In this document: one piece after another, positions 37,700 to 50,280 of the stretch
Numbering within the stretch: position 1 is the stretch's first letter
How the letters are laid out: every line of letters begins with the position of its first letter
Source: Convolutriloba macropyga
Lineage: Eukaryota
Direction: 5' to 3'
Assembly (NCBI RefSeq): GCF_964194025.1
Contig: NC_134468.1
Location: forward strand, 42,408,001-42,472,000
Length of the DNA: 64,000 nt
Made by a program: the position numbers and the translations under genes
Notes under the pieces: generated by a model
Told to the model about the DNA's origin: nothing
The model's database searches: none
The model's input: the letters and a program-made list of their open reading frames with translations, nothing else

Positions 37700-40112
37700 A
37701 AATGCAGACAATTTGGCTTAGGTAATTTGGTTTGTTAGGGGAGTGCGGTTGAGTTAGAGGGCGAGAATTTTATGTAGGGCCTAGGGGTAGGTACATGGGG
37801 ATATTCAGGTTTCGGAGGTGGGTAGTTGGGGTGTAGGTAGAGTTGAGGGAATAATTGGGCGGGGAATTACTTAGGTTGGGGAGGGGCAAAGAAGTTAGCA
37901 GGGTGTGCTGGTTTGAGAGAGGAGTAGATAGGTAGATGGGGTGGGTTTGTGGGGTAAGTAATTGGGTACGAGTGTCCGTACTTTGAATAGGGAGGAGGGA
38001 CTGATAAGGGAACAAAAATTCTTAAATTACTAGCCACCTTGAATATTAACAGCAGCTCCTTATTGCCATATATTAGCAAACAAGCTACAGTTCAAAGTTC
38101 AATGTTTGAAAGCATAAGTCATAGTTCTAAAACAGAAGTTTTCGATGTTAAAAAGTAAAAACAAATCAAGTCAAAATACTCTGCATAAGAACCATAGCCT
38201 GTAAGATACCGGAAACGACTCGAAGAGCCGTGCAATATAATCTGTAAGCTTGCCTCACGTAGATCAAAGAAAGATAACTGATTACGAAAAACTGTTAAAA
38301 ATTATTCCAAAAACTTAGTATTGTTCCAACACAATTTTCAATTCAGGAGTTTTGTAGGCCAGGGTTAGGTAGGATGAGCGAAAGTTTGTTTCGGAGTTAT
38401 GTAGGTGGGTAGCTAGATGTTATGCGAGGGTAGTGGGTGGGGGGAGTATGTGAGGGTAGGAGGGGGCAAGGTGGGTTAGGTGGGAGCTCGTGGTAGATGG
38501 GAACGCTGTGGGGGTAGCTAGATGTTATGTGCGAGTGTAGTAGGTGGGGAGAGTATGTAAGGGTAGGAGGGGGGCAACGTGGGTTAGGTGGGAGATCGTG
38601 GTAGATGGGAGTACTGTGGGGATAGGGAGTAGAGTTGGGGAATGTGGTGAGTTGGGAAGGAAAGGAAGTGGGGGAGGTCGAGGATGTGCCTAATTTGGAG
38701 AGGGAGAAGGGACTGCTATGGGAGGGATACTACTCTAATTAATACGACATTCAGTTTTGCCAGCAGTTCATGATTGCGAAGAGTTACTAAAAAAAGCTAC
38801 TGTAAAAGTCCAATATGCGAAAACAGAAGTCAACGTTATGTTCAAAAACAAAAGTGAAAAAATTCAGTTCATGAGCCAGCTTCAGTGAAAAAACACTACC
38901 AGAAAACCCCGGAACCCATTCGAAGCAAACAACGAAATAGCTGTCAGCTACATAAAAGACGAGCCTACTAATTAATTCGAAACAACAGGAAAGTAATGAG
39001 AAAAGCCAATATTGCTATCTGGAAAAATATTTGATAAAATTTATTTATAAGCATTGAATCCGAAAAACATATGAGCAAAACAGTAAGCATTGAATAAATC
39101 ACTAACAGCAGATTAAAAATCGGAAACATTACAAGCAGAAAAAACGAGGAAAGGGAAAAAAAAACAAAAACCCTTTAGAACTTCAAAGATTATTTCCGGG
39201 AAATTATTCTGCGAAATCTTTTCAACTTTCTTCAGTGCGACCAGTGAACTATCCAATAACAGTCAGAAAAAGCTAACAATCACAGGCAAAAACGAAAAAG
39301 CCGAAGAGGATCAGAAAACTATACAACTTCTTTCAGTATAAACTGCCACGTAAAACCCCGAACTTTCAACTTTTAGTAACAATACTTCTAAAATAGCTCT
39401 AGAGCGAATATTGAATATCAACCCTAATTCCAAAAACCATAAAATCAGAAAAAATATGCAGAATATTTGATAAAAGGGACGGAAATGGGCCGATTTGATT
39501 AAAACTAGCACATTTTCTTTAAAAACACAAATTTCACAAAACTAAGATCTGTCAATCAATTGGCCGAAAACTCTACTGATTCAAAAATGCGGTTTACTAT
39601 AACTGCTATAGGAGCGTCCAACAAGGCAAAATGGCAAAAAAAGCTCAAAATTGCGCCAAAAATTCAAATAAATTTGGCAGAAGTTCACATATGCTTCGAA
39701 ACACTAGCAGTTGAGAAAACTCAAAAGAAACGCCGTTATCTAATGCAGTGGAGTTAAAAGTAAATAGCTGCAATGAAACAGCTGCGCGTGATCAAAAAAA
39801 GTTTGGTTGCTAACAAAAATTTATTCACACCTACTTTCCTTGCGCTTTCCCAGAAAAATGAATAAAAAACACTACATACTCTTTCTGCTTGACTTTGGTT
39901 CAGCATATTATTCTGAACAATTATTTTCACGTGCGGCTGACTTCATCTTCTAAAACACATCCTCCAAAAATTTAAATAACCCATTAAAAACATACATCAT
40001 ATTACTACTGTTCGAGTCGTAAAATCTGTGTAATACCAAAACTCCTCTTCGAGACGTAGGAAGACCGCAGCATTAATATAATTGCTAAGAACTTCGTTTG
40101 AGAGCAGTTAAC
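37700..40112 (-). mobile_element. Older nest of C-like and E-like Helentron elements with G-rich cores
   Basis: C-like left ends at about 38191 and 38892. Three stacked right ends at 40001-40112 (TTCGAGTCGT, CTTCGAGACGT, TCGTTTGAGAGCA). Left boundary approximate. Confidence 0.55.
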
Positions 40113-41008
40113 AAGAAAATCGTTTACAATAAACAAAAGATATTTGGATTAACAATATATATCGCGCAAGCAGCAAAGGTTTTGCTTTAGAGCTTCTTTT
40201 CCGTGTTCATGTCATCAATTTATATCGCCAATAGCCTTTTCGGGAAAACTGGGTTGCTAAGACGAGACAAAAAATAGTTTTGGGTTTAGAGTCGAAATAT
40301 TATATGTACTTTATGCCAATTTGAACAACACAGGTACCGTGAATCTGTGCGTGGCACAGAGTTTTTCAATATAAGAGAGGAGTGAAACTGTTATTTTAAC
40401 TTGGAAGAGACGAGGTTCATTTTTGCTTACGAGTTTGAAATAAAAGCTATTTCTTCCGGCCGTTAGTACGCTATCCCCCCAAAAAGTAACTGCGAAATTT
40501 AAAGCAATTGATAATACTTGCAGAACACTTCTGGAAAGAAAACCTTTAGGAAGCAAAATATATAATTTCAAAATTGGCGGCAAAGAACTTTTGGACAGGA
40601 AGGTCTAACAAGGACAAAAAAATGGTTCGCAACTATACGGGTAGAACTTATTACAACAAAATTCAGAATCATCGAATAAGCAAAATGTTTGGGCTCAACA
40701 AAATTTTTTGGCGTACCGAATAATTGGAAATAACACAATTTAAAATAGCACAATTATCTGTTTTCCATATCATTGTTTTCTATGAGCCTCAAAAAAGTAA
40801 CAATAAAACTGACACAAAACTGGTAACGGCGTTCATTTTCATACCGTAAGAGCAATCAAGATAACAGAGCCTCTTTATGCCCCCAGACCACCTCGGGTCT
40901 GGATCTGCCATCTAACCATTACTAAAATAAATGGTAAATTGCCAGAAAAAGATAAGATTTCGAAAAAAATAAGACTTACAGATAGTTTGAGAAAAACTTA
41001 AAACGCAC

Positions 41009-42540
41009 TTCAACACTTAATGCAATTACTTCAATCGGATTTAAAAACACCGAATAAACCATGCTATTGAAAAATTGAAACGAAATATTATAAACGTAAA
41101 ATATACACTCAAGGCCAAACTGCTGAACCACTCTGGAGTACCAAACGAATTATTAGTTGTAGTACAGATCTAAAAACCTTTGAAAAATTTCCGATTAATT
41201 AAGTGTTTTAGAGCGCGAGTATATCAATGAGAGCCAACCAACAAATTGCACTGATCAAGCTGTCAAAATAAGGGGACTGAAAACCTGATAAGAAAATTTC
41301 CAAATATTTGTGCTCGTTTTTATTCCATAGAATTGCATTCATTTGAAACAAAATTAGTTTAACAACGCAGCACGGAACTAAAAACAAAATAAACAAACTC
41401 AACTGAGACAGATCTAAATTAGAAAACAACAGGAAGCGTACTGACATTCGTTGGAAAAGTATTCTTCTGAGGGATATCAAAGAGATTTTTTTAGTTTTTT
41501 GTGTTTTACTTCAACACTCAATGCAATTACTTCAATCCGATTTAAAAACACCGAATGAACCACGCTATTGAAAAATTTGAACGAAATATTATAAACGTAG
41601 AATATACACTCAAGGCCAAACTGCTGAACAGCTCTGGAGTACCAAAAGAATTATTAGTTTTAGTACACACTTAAAAACCTTTGAAAAATTTCCGATTAAT
41701 TAAGTGTTTTAGAGCGCGAGTATATCAATGAGAGCCAACCTTCGGATTCTTAATGAACGTACAAATTGCGCTGATCAAGCTGTCAAAACAAGGTGACTGA
41801 AAACCTGATATGAAAATTTCCAGAATATTTGTGGTCGTTTTTATTCCATAGAATTGCATTCATTTGAAACAAAATTAGTTTAACAACGCAGCACGGAACT
41901 AAAAACAAAATAAAAAAACTCAACTGAGACAGATCTAAATTAGAAAACAACAGGAAGCGTACTGACATTCGTTGGAAACGTATTCTTCTGAGGGATATCA
42001 AAGAGATTTTTTTAGTTTTTTGTGTTTTACTTCAACACTCAATGCAATTACTTCAATCCGATTTAAAAACACCGAATGAACCACGCTATTGAAAAATTTG
42101 AACGAAATATTATAAACGTAGAATATACACTCAAGGCCAAACTGCTGAACCGCTCTGGAGTACCAAAAGAATTATTAGTTTTAGTACACACTTAAAAACC
42201 TTTGAAAAATTTCCGATTAATTAAGTGTTTTAGAGCGCGAGTATATCAATGAGAGCCAACCTTCGGATTCTTAATGAACGTACAAATTGCACTGATCAAG
42301 CTGTCAAAACAAGGTGACTGAAAACCTGATATGAAAATTTCCAGAATATTTGGGGTCGTTTTTATTCCATAGAATTGCATTCATTTGAAACAAAAATAGC
42401 CAAGCAATGCACCACGGAACTAAAAACAAAATAAACAAACTCAACTGAGACAGATCTAATTTAGAAAACAACAGGAAGCGTACTGACATTCGTTGGAAGC
42501 GTATTCTTTTGAGGGAGATCAAAGAGATTTTTTTAGTTTC
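41009..42540. repeat. Tandem repeat, about 521-bp unit x about 3
   Basis: Near-identical blocks starting about 41009, 41510 and 42031; the repeated spurious ORFs at 41783 and 42304 are 521 nt apart. Confidence 0.9.
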
Positions 42541-43049
42541 TCATTTTGTCCACCTGGGACAGCTGGTAAACCTATTAGTAAGCTGGCACCAATCATAAAA
42601 TTGTTGCCAAAATATTTTGCCAAAAGAGCATTCTATATAGCGAGAAAACTTTAACAATTGATCACGAAATTAATTTGAATTTTTGGTTGAGAAGTAATCA
42701 TTTTACACAACCACAAGCAAATAAACTTTAAAAACTAATCAATTCCTCTACTCTGAATCTCATACTAATTGGAGTGCAAGTTCTACTTTAACCAAAAATT
42801 TTCATCCAAAAATGAGTTCTGGCTTTTCAGAAACGAAAAGTTAGTATTACTAAAAATGCAATTTGATACAACAGGCTTTGCAAAAGAGCGTTCATGGCAA
42901 TGCTCGGAAAATAAACATACAGTGGATACAAAATTTCGGCCATTTAACTTTTATTTTTTGCTTTTATCAGATTTCAATCATGACTCAGTTTTAGTAGTAA
43001 TTTAGCACTCATTCAGTTGTCCAAGTGTGTTAGTTTCTGATTGCTGTTG

Positions 43050-45660
43050 CAGTTTCAACATTTGCATAAAATGCGCCAGGTATATTTATTTTCCACTGTA
43101 GGGATCACAGAATTATTGCCACAAAACTTCGGACACTGTATTATTACAGACATTTCCCATATTTTGAATACACTTTAAGCACTAGGTAGTACAGAATTTT
43201 AGTTCAGTGGTACATTTTTGTCAGTCCTTACAAGTCGATATTTGTATTTGCTTGTCATTCTGCTCCGCTATGTTGACGGGTAGTACCCGGTTGCAAATAT
43301 TCTATGTTCGATAGTTCCACGTCATATTCACCTTTAAAAGCAATAAGCAACCATGCATTTCAATATAAAGACAGAGGGACTAATTTTAAGTCTCTGTCTA
43401 TAGTTCTGTCTTTCAATCCAAATGGATTTTGCAGCAATTGCTTTTTTGTAGCTTTTCAATTCATTTCAATTGCAATTTATTTGGAAACGATGTCTGAGAG
43501 CAGTAGGTAATTATCGGTACAACGTATCCAAACTTTGATTTCTGCTGACACTTTTGAGACATAATTAAAGTCTACAGAATCCTTTTTACTCTCTGAATGA
43601 GCAGTTCTCATTAGAAAGAACATTTGCTAATACTTGGAGCCCAAGGTCGCGTTGGTTTTATCCTGATCTAGCAGATGCTGATCAGACGTTATGGAACATT
43701 TAGGAAGTGGATCTTGCTGTAATTAGGCTTTATTCAATTTTCTTACCATCATATTGACATATTTTGAAGTCTTTTTTTGTATTGCATTGCTTCTCACTTA
43801 GTTTCATACCATCCGAAAGTCCTAAAGAAGCATTACATTGATTAGTGTTTCAGGCAAGGCATTGATGAAAAGGGCAAAATGAGGTCGAAGTATTGAACCC
43901 TGTAGAATGTCACTGGTAAATTCCAGCAAATCAGATACTCATTGTTATTTTTCTTTTACCGTTTTTGGTTCATTAGATACGACAAAACTAGCTCAATGAA
44001 AAATTCCTGCAACAAAGATGTAATGAAGCTTTTATATCAAAACGTTGTGGTACAGCGTCAAAAGCTTTCAAAACTTCGACATAAAAAAATACGTAGGTCC
44101 TTCACTGCTTCATTGTCAGTATTTTTGGTTCACTGTGTTTAGAAAAAGTAGTAGCTGTAATGTTGCTGATCGGTTTCTTCGGAAGCTAAACTGATTATCA
44201 CAGAAATGGTGAATTCATTAAAAATCTCTTGGGAAATTTCATCGAAGTTCGTCAAAAATTTAATGGAAAATAGTTTTCTCAAGAACTTGCACGTTAAACT
44301 ATTTAAGTGTTGATTTCCAACTTCTTTTCATTCACTGCACTTGCATCTTAAGATCACTGTTTTTCGACATTCGTGGAATCAACTTTCTTTGTACTAGTTC
44401 AGAACTTTCTCTGTGCAGGTTGTTGGAATTTTTGTTTTATGATAAATGACACTTGGAATGAATTAAAACTTTCGGCGTTTCGCTTATCGATCGCTAGCTT
44501 TAGAACACTCAAGAACATCGTAGATGGTACTCATGGATTTTACGGATCGATGAAAAATATTTTAAACTTTCCTAAATTATCGGCTTTCAAAAACTTCAGC
44601 TTAATAAATTGAGAGATCAGTATCAATCGAGCTATAAACCTCAAGCTCTAATTTTCGGAGCTTCAGTTTAAAACTGAAATCACATTTCTTGATTCGCTTT
44701 TATTATTCAATTTCTTAATAATATTGCATGTTGCATTTGAGATCCATGGATGAAAGACCAATGTTTGGTGATAAGTGGTATGCTCTTTCTCTTAATTCGT
44801 TTCGTATTAATAATGTGTAGCATTGCTCTAGAAGGAAATCGACATAGCTATTGCAATAAGGGTTGAAAGGATCACTTGTAATGTTGATATGGAACTCGAT
44901 ATAATCTGTACTAATAAAGGCAAATTTTGCACTCGTTCGGATTTTTTGCACAAAGAGATAAAATTCAGTGAAAATTGGCAGAAGATCGGAGAACTGTTCG
45001 CTATCAAACTGTACTTGTTATGCAGTGCACAATCATAAGAAACCTTGACAACTTTGTCGGGCATGTTGCAGAGGAGCAGGTCTAGCTGACTTGGTGCAAC
45101 CTCTCAGAATGCTTTCTATATATGAATCTAAAATTAATTCCTCACATTGCTTCATTGAGGATATATCTACCCATAATGTTGCTGTACAATTAATGTCATC
45201 TGCTACCAATTTCATTGAATTAAATTGGAAAAAAGTCTGTTTTAGATTTTCGAGAAGATTTGTGAAGTCGCTTACTGATTACCAGTAGTTGCTTTGTTCG
45301 GGCGTATTGTAGATGCAGCAGACTAATAAAGAAAAATTTGAAAGAAGAAATCCAACAACAACGAAGTCATTATGGCTAGAAGCAACGTCCATGTTTTCAG
45401 GTTTAAGCGATGATTTTACAGTAATTAGAACTCTCCCACATTTACTTTTCAAATCAGTTGTATTCCTGTATTTTCGGTATTTAAAATATGAATGTAGAAA
45501 CAAGGCCTAAGACTGAGTTAACCATGTTTCTGTTATACACACTATGTCATGTACGCAAGTTAATCGACTATTAGCAAACTTTGTTCATCTGTTTAGATGT
45601 AGCAGACTTCAGGCATTGAAGGTGAGAATTTTTCTGCCGCTTTGGAATAGTCAATCTTAA
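43050..45660 (-). pseudogene. Decayed non-LTR retrotransposon (APE endonuclease + RT) in the GTF2E2 intron
   Basis: DIVCITETWL and GRVLITVKSSL endonuclease remnants at 45280-45630. SDILQGSILRPHFALFINALP RT remnant at about 43850-43930. Many stops and frameshifts. Confidence 0.75.
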
Positions 45661-46145
45661 CTAGTTTTACTTTTTAAAATAAGCAGTCTGCATTACGCAT
45701 CACATTTTTTACGGTTCATAAACTAAATATCAGTTATCCGATAGAAACAATAGAATATAATGAAAAATAAATAAAGATAGACCGACTAATGTCGGATGAA
45801 CTGCTCTCGAAAGACCGGAGAGGGAAACAATTTAGAACGGGGGCACAGGCTAGAGAACCATTTAAGGTGCAAAAACTATTGAAAGGTGAGGGGTTCCGAC
45901 CCGCGTGATTTTTTTGAGGAATATGACAAGCCAATTATGCCGTACTTTTCAGTGGAACAAACACTTCTTCAATCTGTAGTAAGAAATACAAATTTGCCTT
46001 ATTTTCCATCAATATAAATTTCCTTATTCGACATGTTATTAACGCACATCTACAGAAAAGATCTTATTCCAACAGTAAACGACGATTTATGATGTGAATG
46101 ATCACAATTTAGAGAGCGTCATTTAGTTTTTTTCTGTAAACTAAC

Positions 46146-46739
46146 CTTATCACGGGGTAACGACTCTTCAATATCTTCCACCAATATTCCACCTTCACCG
46201 TGTAGATCATGATTTTTCAGAAGTTTTATCAGATGTTTCCGTCCACTAATTGAATAGGGTGGTTTGTATGTGAACCTTCCCTGTTCGTCTACATTAATTT
46301 TGGGATTATTTGGAAGCGCCTCATTTTTGAGCCAAGCCAGCTCACGGGGTGGAACGTAAAAAGTTGTCCCATATTTTTCGTTTAATGCGTCCTGGATTTC
46401 TGCAAATGACATAGGGAAATTGATGTTATCTTTGTGTCGATCTCGCATCAAGTCCACAATTTTTCCAAGCGCCTTAAAATTCGCATTAACATTTTTTGAT
46501 TCGTTAGTTTTCTTGACGTCTGAAGGTGTTGAGGAGCTCACAGATGCAGACATTTGCCTAATGACACTTTCCTGCTTCGCTTTTGCCTTTTTCATTTTTA
46601 ACTTTGCATCTGCTGAAGCTTGGTCAGGTCTGCTGCGTTTTCTGCTTTGGGCATCATCTTGATAAACACTTTTTGCTGTCGATACAGCTCTAAGCTGCGA
46701 CGCTTTTAGAGTGTCCATTTGATTCCAAAGCGAATCCAT
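46146..46739 (-). CDS. GTF2E2: General transcription factor IIE subunit beta, coding exon 1 of 2
   Basis: Contains WLKNEALPNNPKI, FTYKPPY and LLKNHDLHGEGGILVEDIEESLP, typical of the TFIIE-beta winged helix. Acceptor tgtttcag lies 5 nt before the ATG. Donor AAG|gttagt at 46145, phase 0. Confidence 0.93.
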
Positions 46740-47399
46740 AATTTCTGAAACAGATAGTTTAATTTATATTAAACCAATTAAACGGAGATTGCTATTTCAA
46801 GCATGTCCTTTTTATTAAAAAAAGTCCGAAAAACGACCCAATATATGTTAAGCGCAATTTGTTATATCATTATAGAACATAACCTCTCCCGTTATAGTTA
46901 TTCCACACACACTATGATTATTAACCTGAGAGGTGTACTGGGAAGAACCCGTTCCTATGTACACTATGAAATTACGCAGAAGCCAAAAGTCCTAAAAAAA
47001 CCGAACAATAGCACATAAGGAACTCCAACGAACTAGTAGTAGTAGGAAAGGATTTTGTTAGGTTAACTCCAGGGGTCGTTGGTCCCTTCAATGTACAAAT
47101 GGCACTAGTTTCTGATACGGATTACAATTTCAACAGCAGCATAATATTCTTCATGTACATGTTTCAAGATCGTTGTAGCTTCTGTGGAAAAATTAAGGGT
47201 ACACCGTTAATATTCGTTTTGTTACTTTAATTCAGTGTTCACGAATAATTGGATTATATTACTTTTTGCCGTCCTATTCGAAACTTTAATCACTTTTTTT
47301 TTACCGGCTTATAATTCCAGATGCTGGTTTCTTGATGAAGCGTGATTCTTTCTTCTTTTCTTCGATGCAGCTTGTTCGATTCGTTTTCAAGCGATTTCC

Positions 47400-48900
47400 G
47401 TTTTCAACCGATTTCAGGAAGACTAACGTGGATTTCGAAATATATCGAGAGTGGGACATTCATTTTGATTAGGCTATTGTAGACAAGCTCATTGTCGCAT
47501 ATCCAGGCCGAAGCCTTTCTTTGAGCCTTTTCATTGAACTCAATTTCAGTTCTGCACGGTTACCAAACTTGTGAAGCGTAGCTCAGTACAGTTAGTAGAT
47601 ACCCGATGTACCCATTAAGCTTGGTTGAGAAGCTGGCTTTGTGATAACAATTTTATTTTAGGAAGTAAAGGATCTCCAGGCTTTCGATGTCCTAAAGGAC
47701 CACTTTTTCCTCCATGAGAGATTTCCGCGCACCATTACTGCAAGGCTTGTTTGACTGGTTAAGTTCCAATTTTATTTTTTCGTCTTTATGACTTTCACCT
47801 TTTACACAGTATCTTGCTTTTGCCGATGTGACATATGAATGCTTTCGCTCAAAATCTTCATCTTTGAGACTATAGGTTCTGATCTTTCTCGCTGTTCATC
47901 TACATATCCATAGCACAGGTTGTCTAGCATGGGATTTTCAGGCAAGTCATTAACTTAGACAAGGAACATCAAAGGTACCAATATGGAACCTCGTGGAACA
48001 CCACTTGATATGTTTTTCTGTTCACAGATTTGGCGTTTCTTATTTTAGCTTGTTGTTCTCGGCTTGTTGTTCTAGCAGAACAAACTATGAAAAATTGATC
48101 ACAATAATCACATAAGGTGTATTCCAGTTTAGTAAGCACCATTCAAACTTGGATCAAGAAAGAAATATCACATCAGATTGAAATACTTGCTATTTTGATG
48201 CGCAAAATACAAATATAGTCAGAATCAATATAACGCCTTATCAAGAAACTTAAAATATTGGTGATTTTAGGGGACGATCCGTAACGATCAAGCTGAATTC
48301 AAGGGTGAAATTTCTAGGAGCACGCGTTTCTCACAGGTCAAACAATTTGTAAGCTCAATGCACAAAAACCCTTTCTAGAAACATCGTATTATTGAGACAA
48401 TGAGACATTGAAATGAAATCTACGTCCTTTGTAAAGTTCTCACGAAGCAAGAACAATTGTTTTCGGTAGAAAATTTCTCAATCGGCTTTCACAAAAGCAT
48501 TGCAATAAACTACCTACCAATTAGAAACCACAAACCTAGAAATTTTCAAGGCATTTCGTCTATCTATAATTACAAATTACTTTATCTTCAAAACAACAAA
48601 AAACTCAATTCAAATGAATCTGGAAAGCAAGTGAGGTAATTCAATTTTTCAATAACAAAAAAAACATGTCAATAAGTTACCTGGGATACCAATTGAGTTG
48701 AGTTTTTTTGGATAAGGATGCTGTGGGTCAACTTGACGAACGCTTTACTTAAGTCAAGGTAGATTGTTTGAGTTTCGGTTGGTTAGTTTTATTGATTTTT
48801 TGAAAAGCTCGTTCAAGTATAGCATTAACTGGAGTACAACTGATCGTTTCTGTCTAAAACAATATTGGGTCTAGTTCAAGTTTGGATTGACTTTTGTGGA
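47400..48900 (-). pseudogene. LINE RT fragment split by a dispersed repeat of about 590 bp (48075-48660)
   Basis: YLDLSKAF...NSIGIPGNLL (48680-48770) and the next RT segment SSGVPRGSILVPLMFLV..NDLP (47940-48070) lie on either side of the insert. Confidence 0.7.
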
Positions 48901-49299
48901 TAATTGATTTTATTTTAAAAAAGTAAATTAAGAGAGAGCCCCTCCCCTAAAGGGGTAGTTGGTAAACTCGGGGGCAGCAAAACAACTCCTATGTAAATTT
49001 ATAAATTCCGACAGTATGCAAAGAATGAAGCATGAGATGCAAAAGATAAAAAAAAAGCATCAGAATTTTAAACAAATGTGTACAATTGATTGAAATTGGA
49101 TTTCTCAAAGACTATCGAAGCATTTGCAATTAGGTTTATTGGACGGTACTGCCCCATGTCATCTTTGTGCTTCTTTGTGGACAGGGTTGATGTAGCGGTC
49201 TTGCTTTGAAACCAAGCCCTTGTTGATGTAAATTTGTCCGGAACATTTGTTTGCGCACCATTTGCAAACTCAAAAGTGTTTTCAATGCTAAATAATAAA

Positions 49300-50280
49300 T
49301 AAAAAAAAATTCAATTTTTTTTCTATAATCAGACTCCTGGGGTATTAGTTTCATTTCGAAAGGCAACTTATCCCATTCGAAAGGAACAGCAAAACTGAAT
49401 GATCTTCGCCCAAAGGCAGTTTTGACATTGGGAACTTTCAAATTGTACGCATATTGGCATCTAGTCACCTTATAATTTTGGAAAACTAATGCACCAAGAT
49501 ACATCAGAATTTTCCACGAAAAGTGAACAAAACGGTGACCAAAAAGTAAAATTTTGTAGAAGACCCGTTGTTTCATGGGTAGCCAATGAAACTCTTTGAT
49601 ATAATTTGCCGTCGCTGAACCAGGTGATAGCCTAAAAGTGAGACGACGCGCTGAATTCATTATACGCCGTAATTTCTGTATAATATACACAGGTACTACA
49701 TAGTATAGTGAGTTGCAGTAAACTAGTGCGAATCATTAATCGAACTTACTCGGCCAACGACTTTCTGTCGGTTGTATCTCTGATGGGATAAAATTTTCGC
49801 AGGAAATAGAATCTACGACACACAGAACTAACTTGTTTCGTATATGAAAGTCTGGAGTCTAAGTTGAAGCCCAACAAAGTAACATTGTTAGAAAAATTGG
49901 CGTCTAATGGAAGTTCAATATCGTTATTTGAACTATTCTTTCTACTAATAAACATGTACTCAGTTTTTCACGAGTTTAATTGGTGCTTAGCACCACTGAA
50001 CCAATTTTTGGTTTTTGAATCGTTTTGAGCCGTAAGTATCAAATCAAAAGCCCCCTGATTTATCTAAGCATTGTAAACAAAATAGATAACAGCGTCATTG
50101 GCATAAAATTTATAATTGACATCAAAACATTCGAACAAAACTTCCAGAGGAACAAGATATAATGAAAAGAATGGGACTTCGAACAGATCCTTGAGGAACA
50201 TCCGTTTTTATAATTCTTGGAATCGAATATTTATCATCAATCAACACTTTTTGAGATATAATACTCAGATGGCTATTTAA
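49300..50280 (-). pseudogene. 3' part of a decayed LINE RT (L2/CR1-like)
   Basis: DVPQGSV, LLGFNLDSRLSY, FHWLPMKQRVFYKILL and FGRRSFSFAVPFEWDKLP remnants. Confidence 0.75.

Noticed and set aside
48670-48700. CAG|gtaact as donor of a GTF2E2 5' UTR exon
   Set aside because: It lies within a LINE RT remnant (KLNSIGIPGNL); no support as a host exon, though exaptation cannot be excluded.
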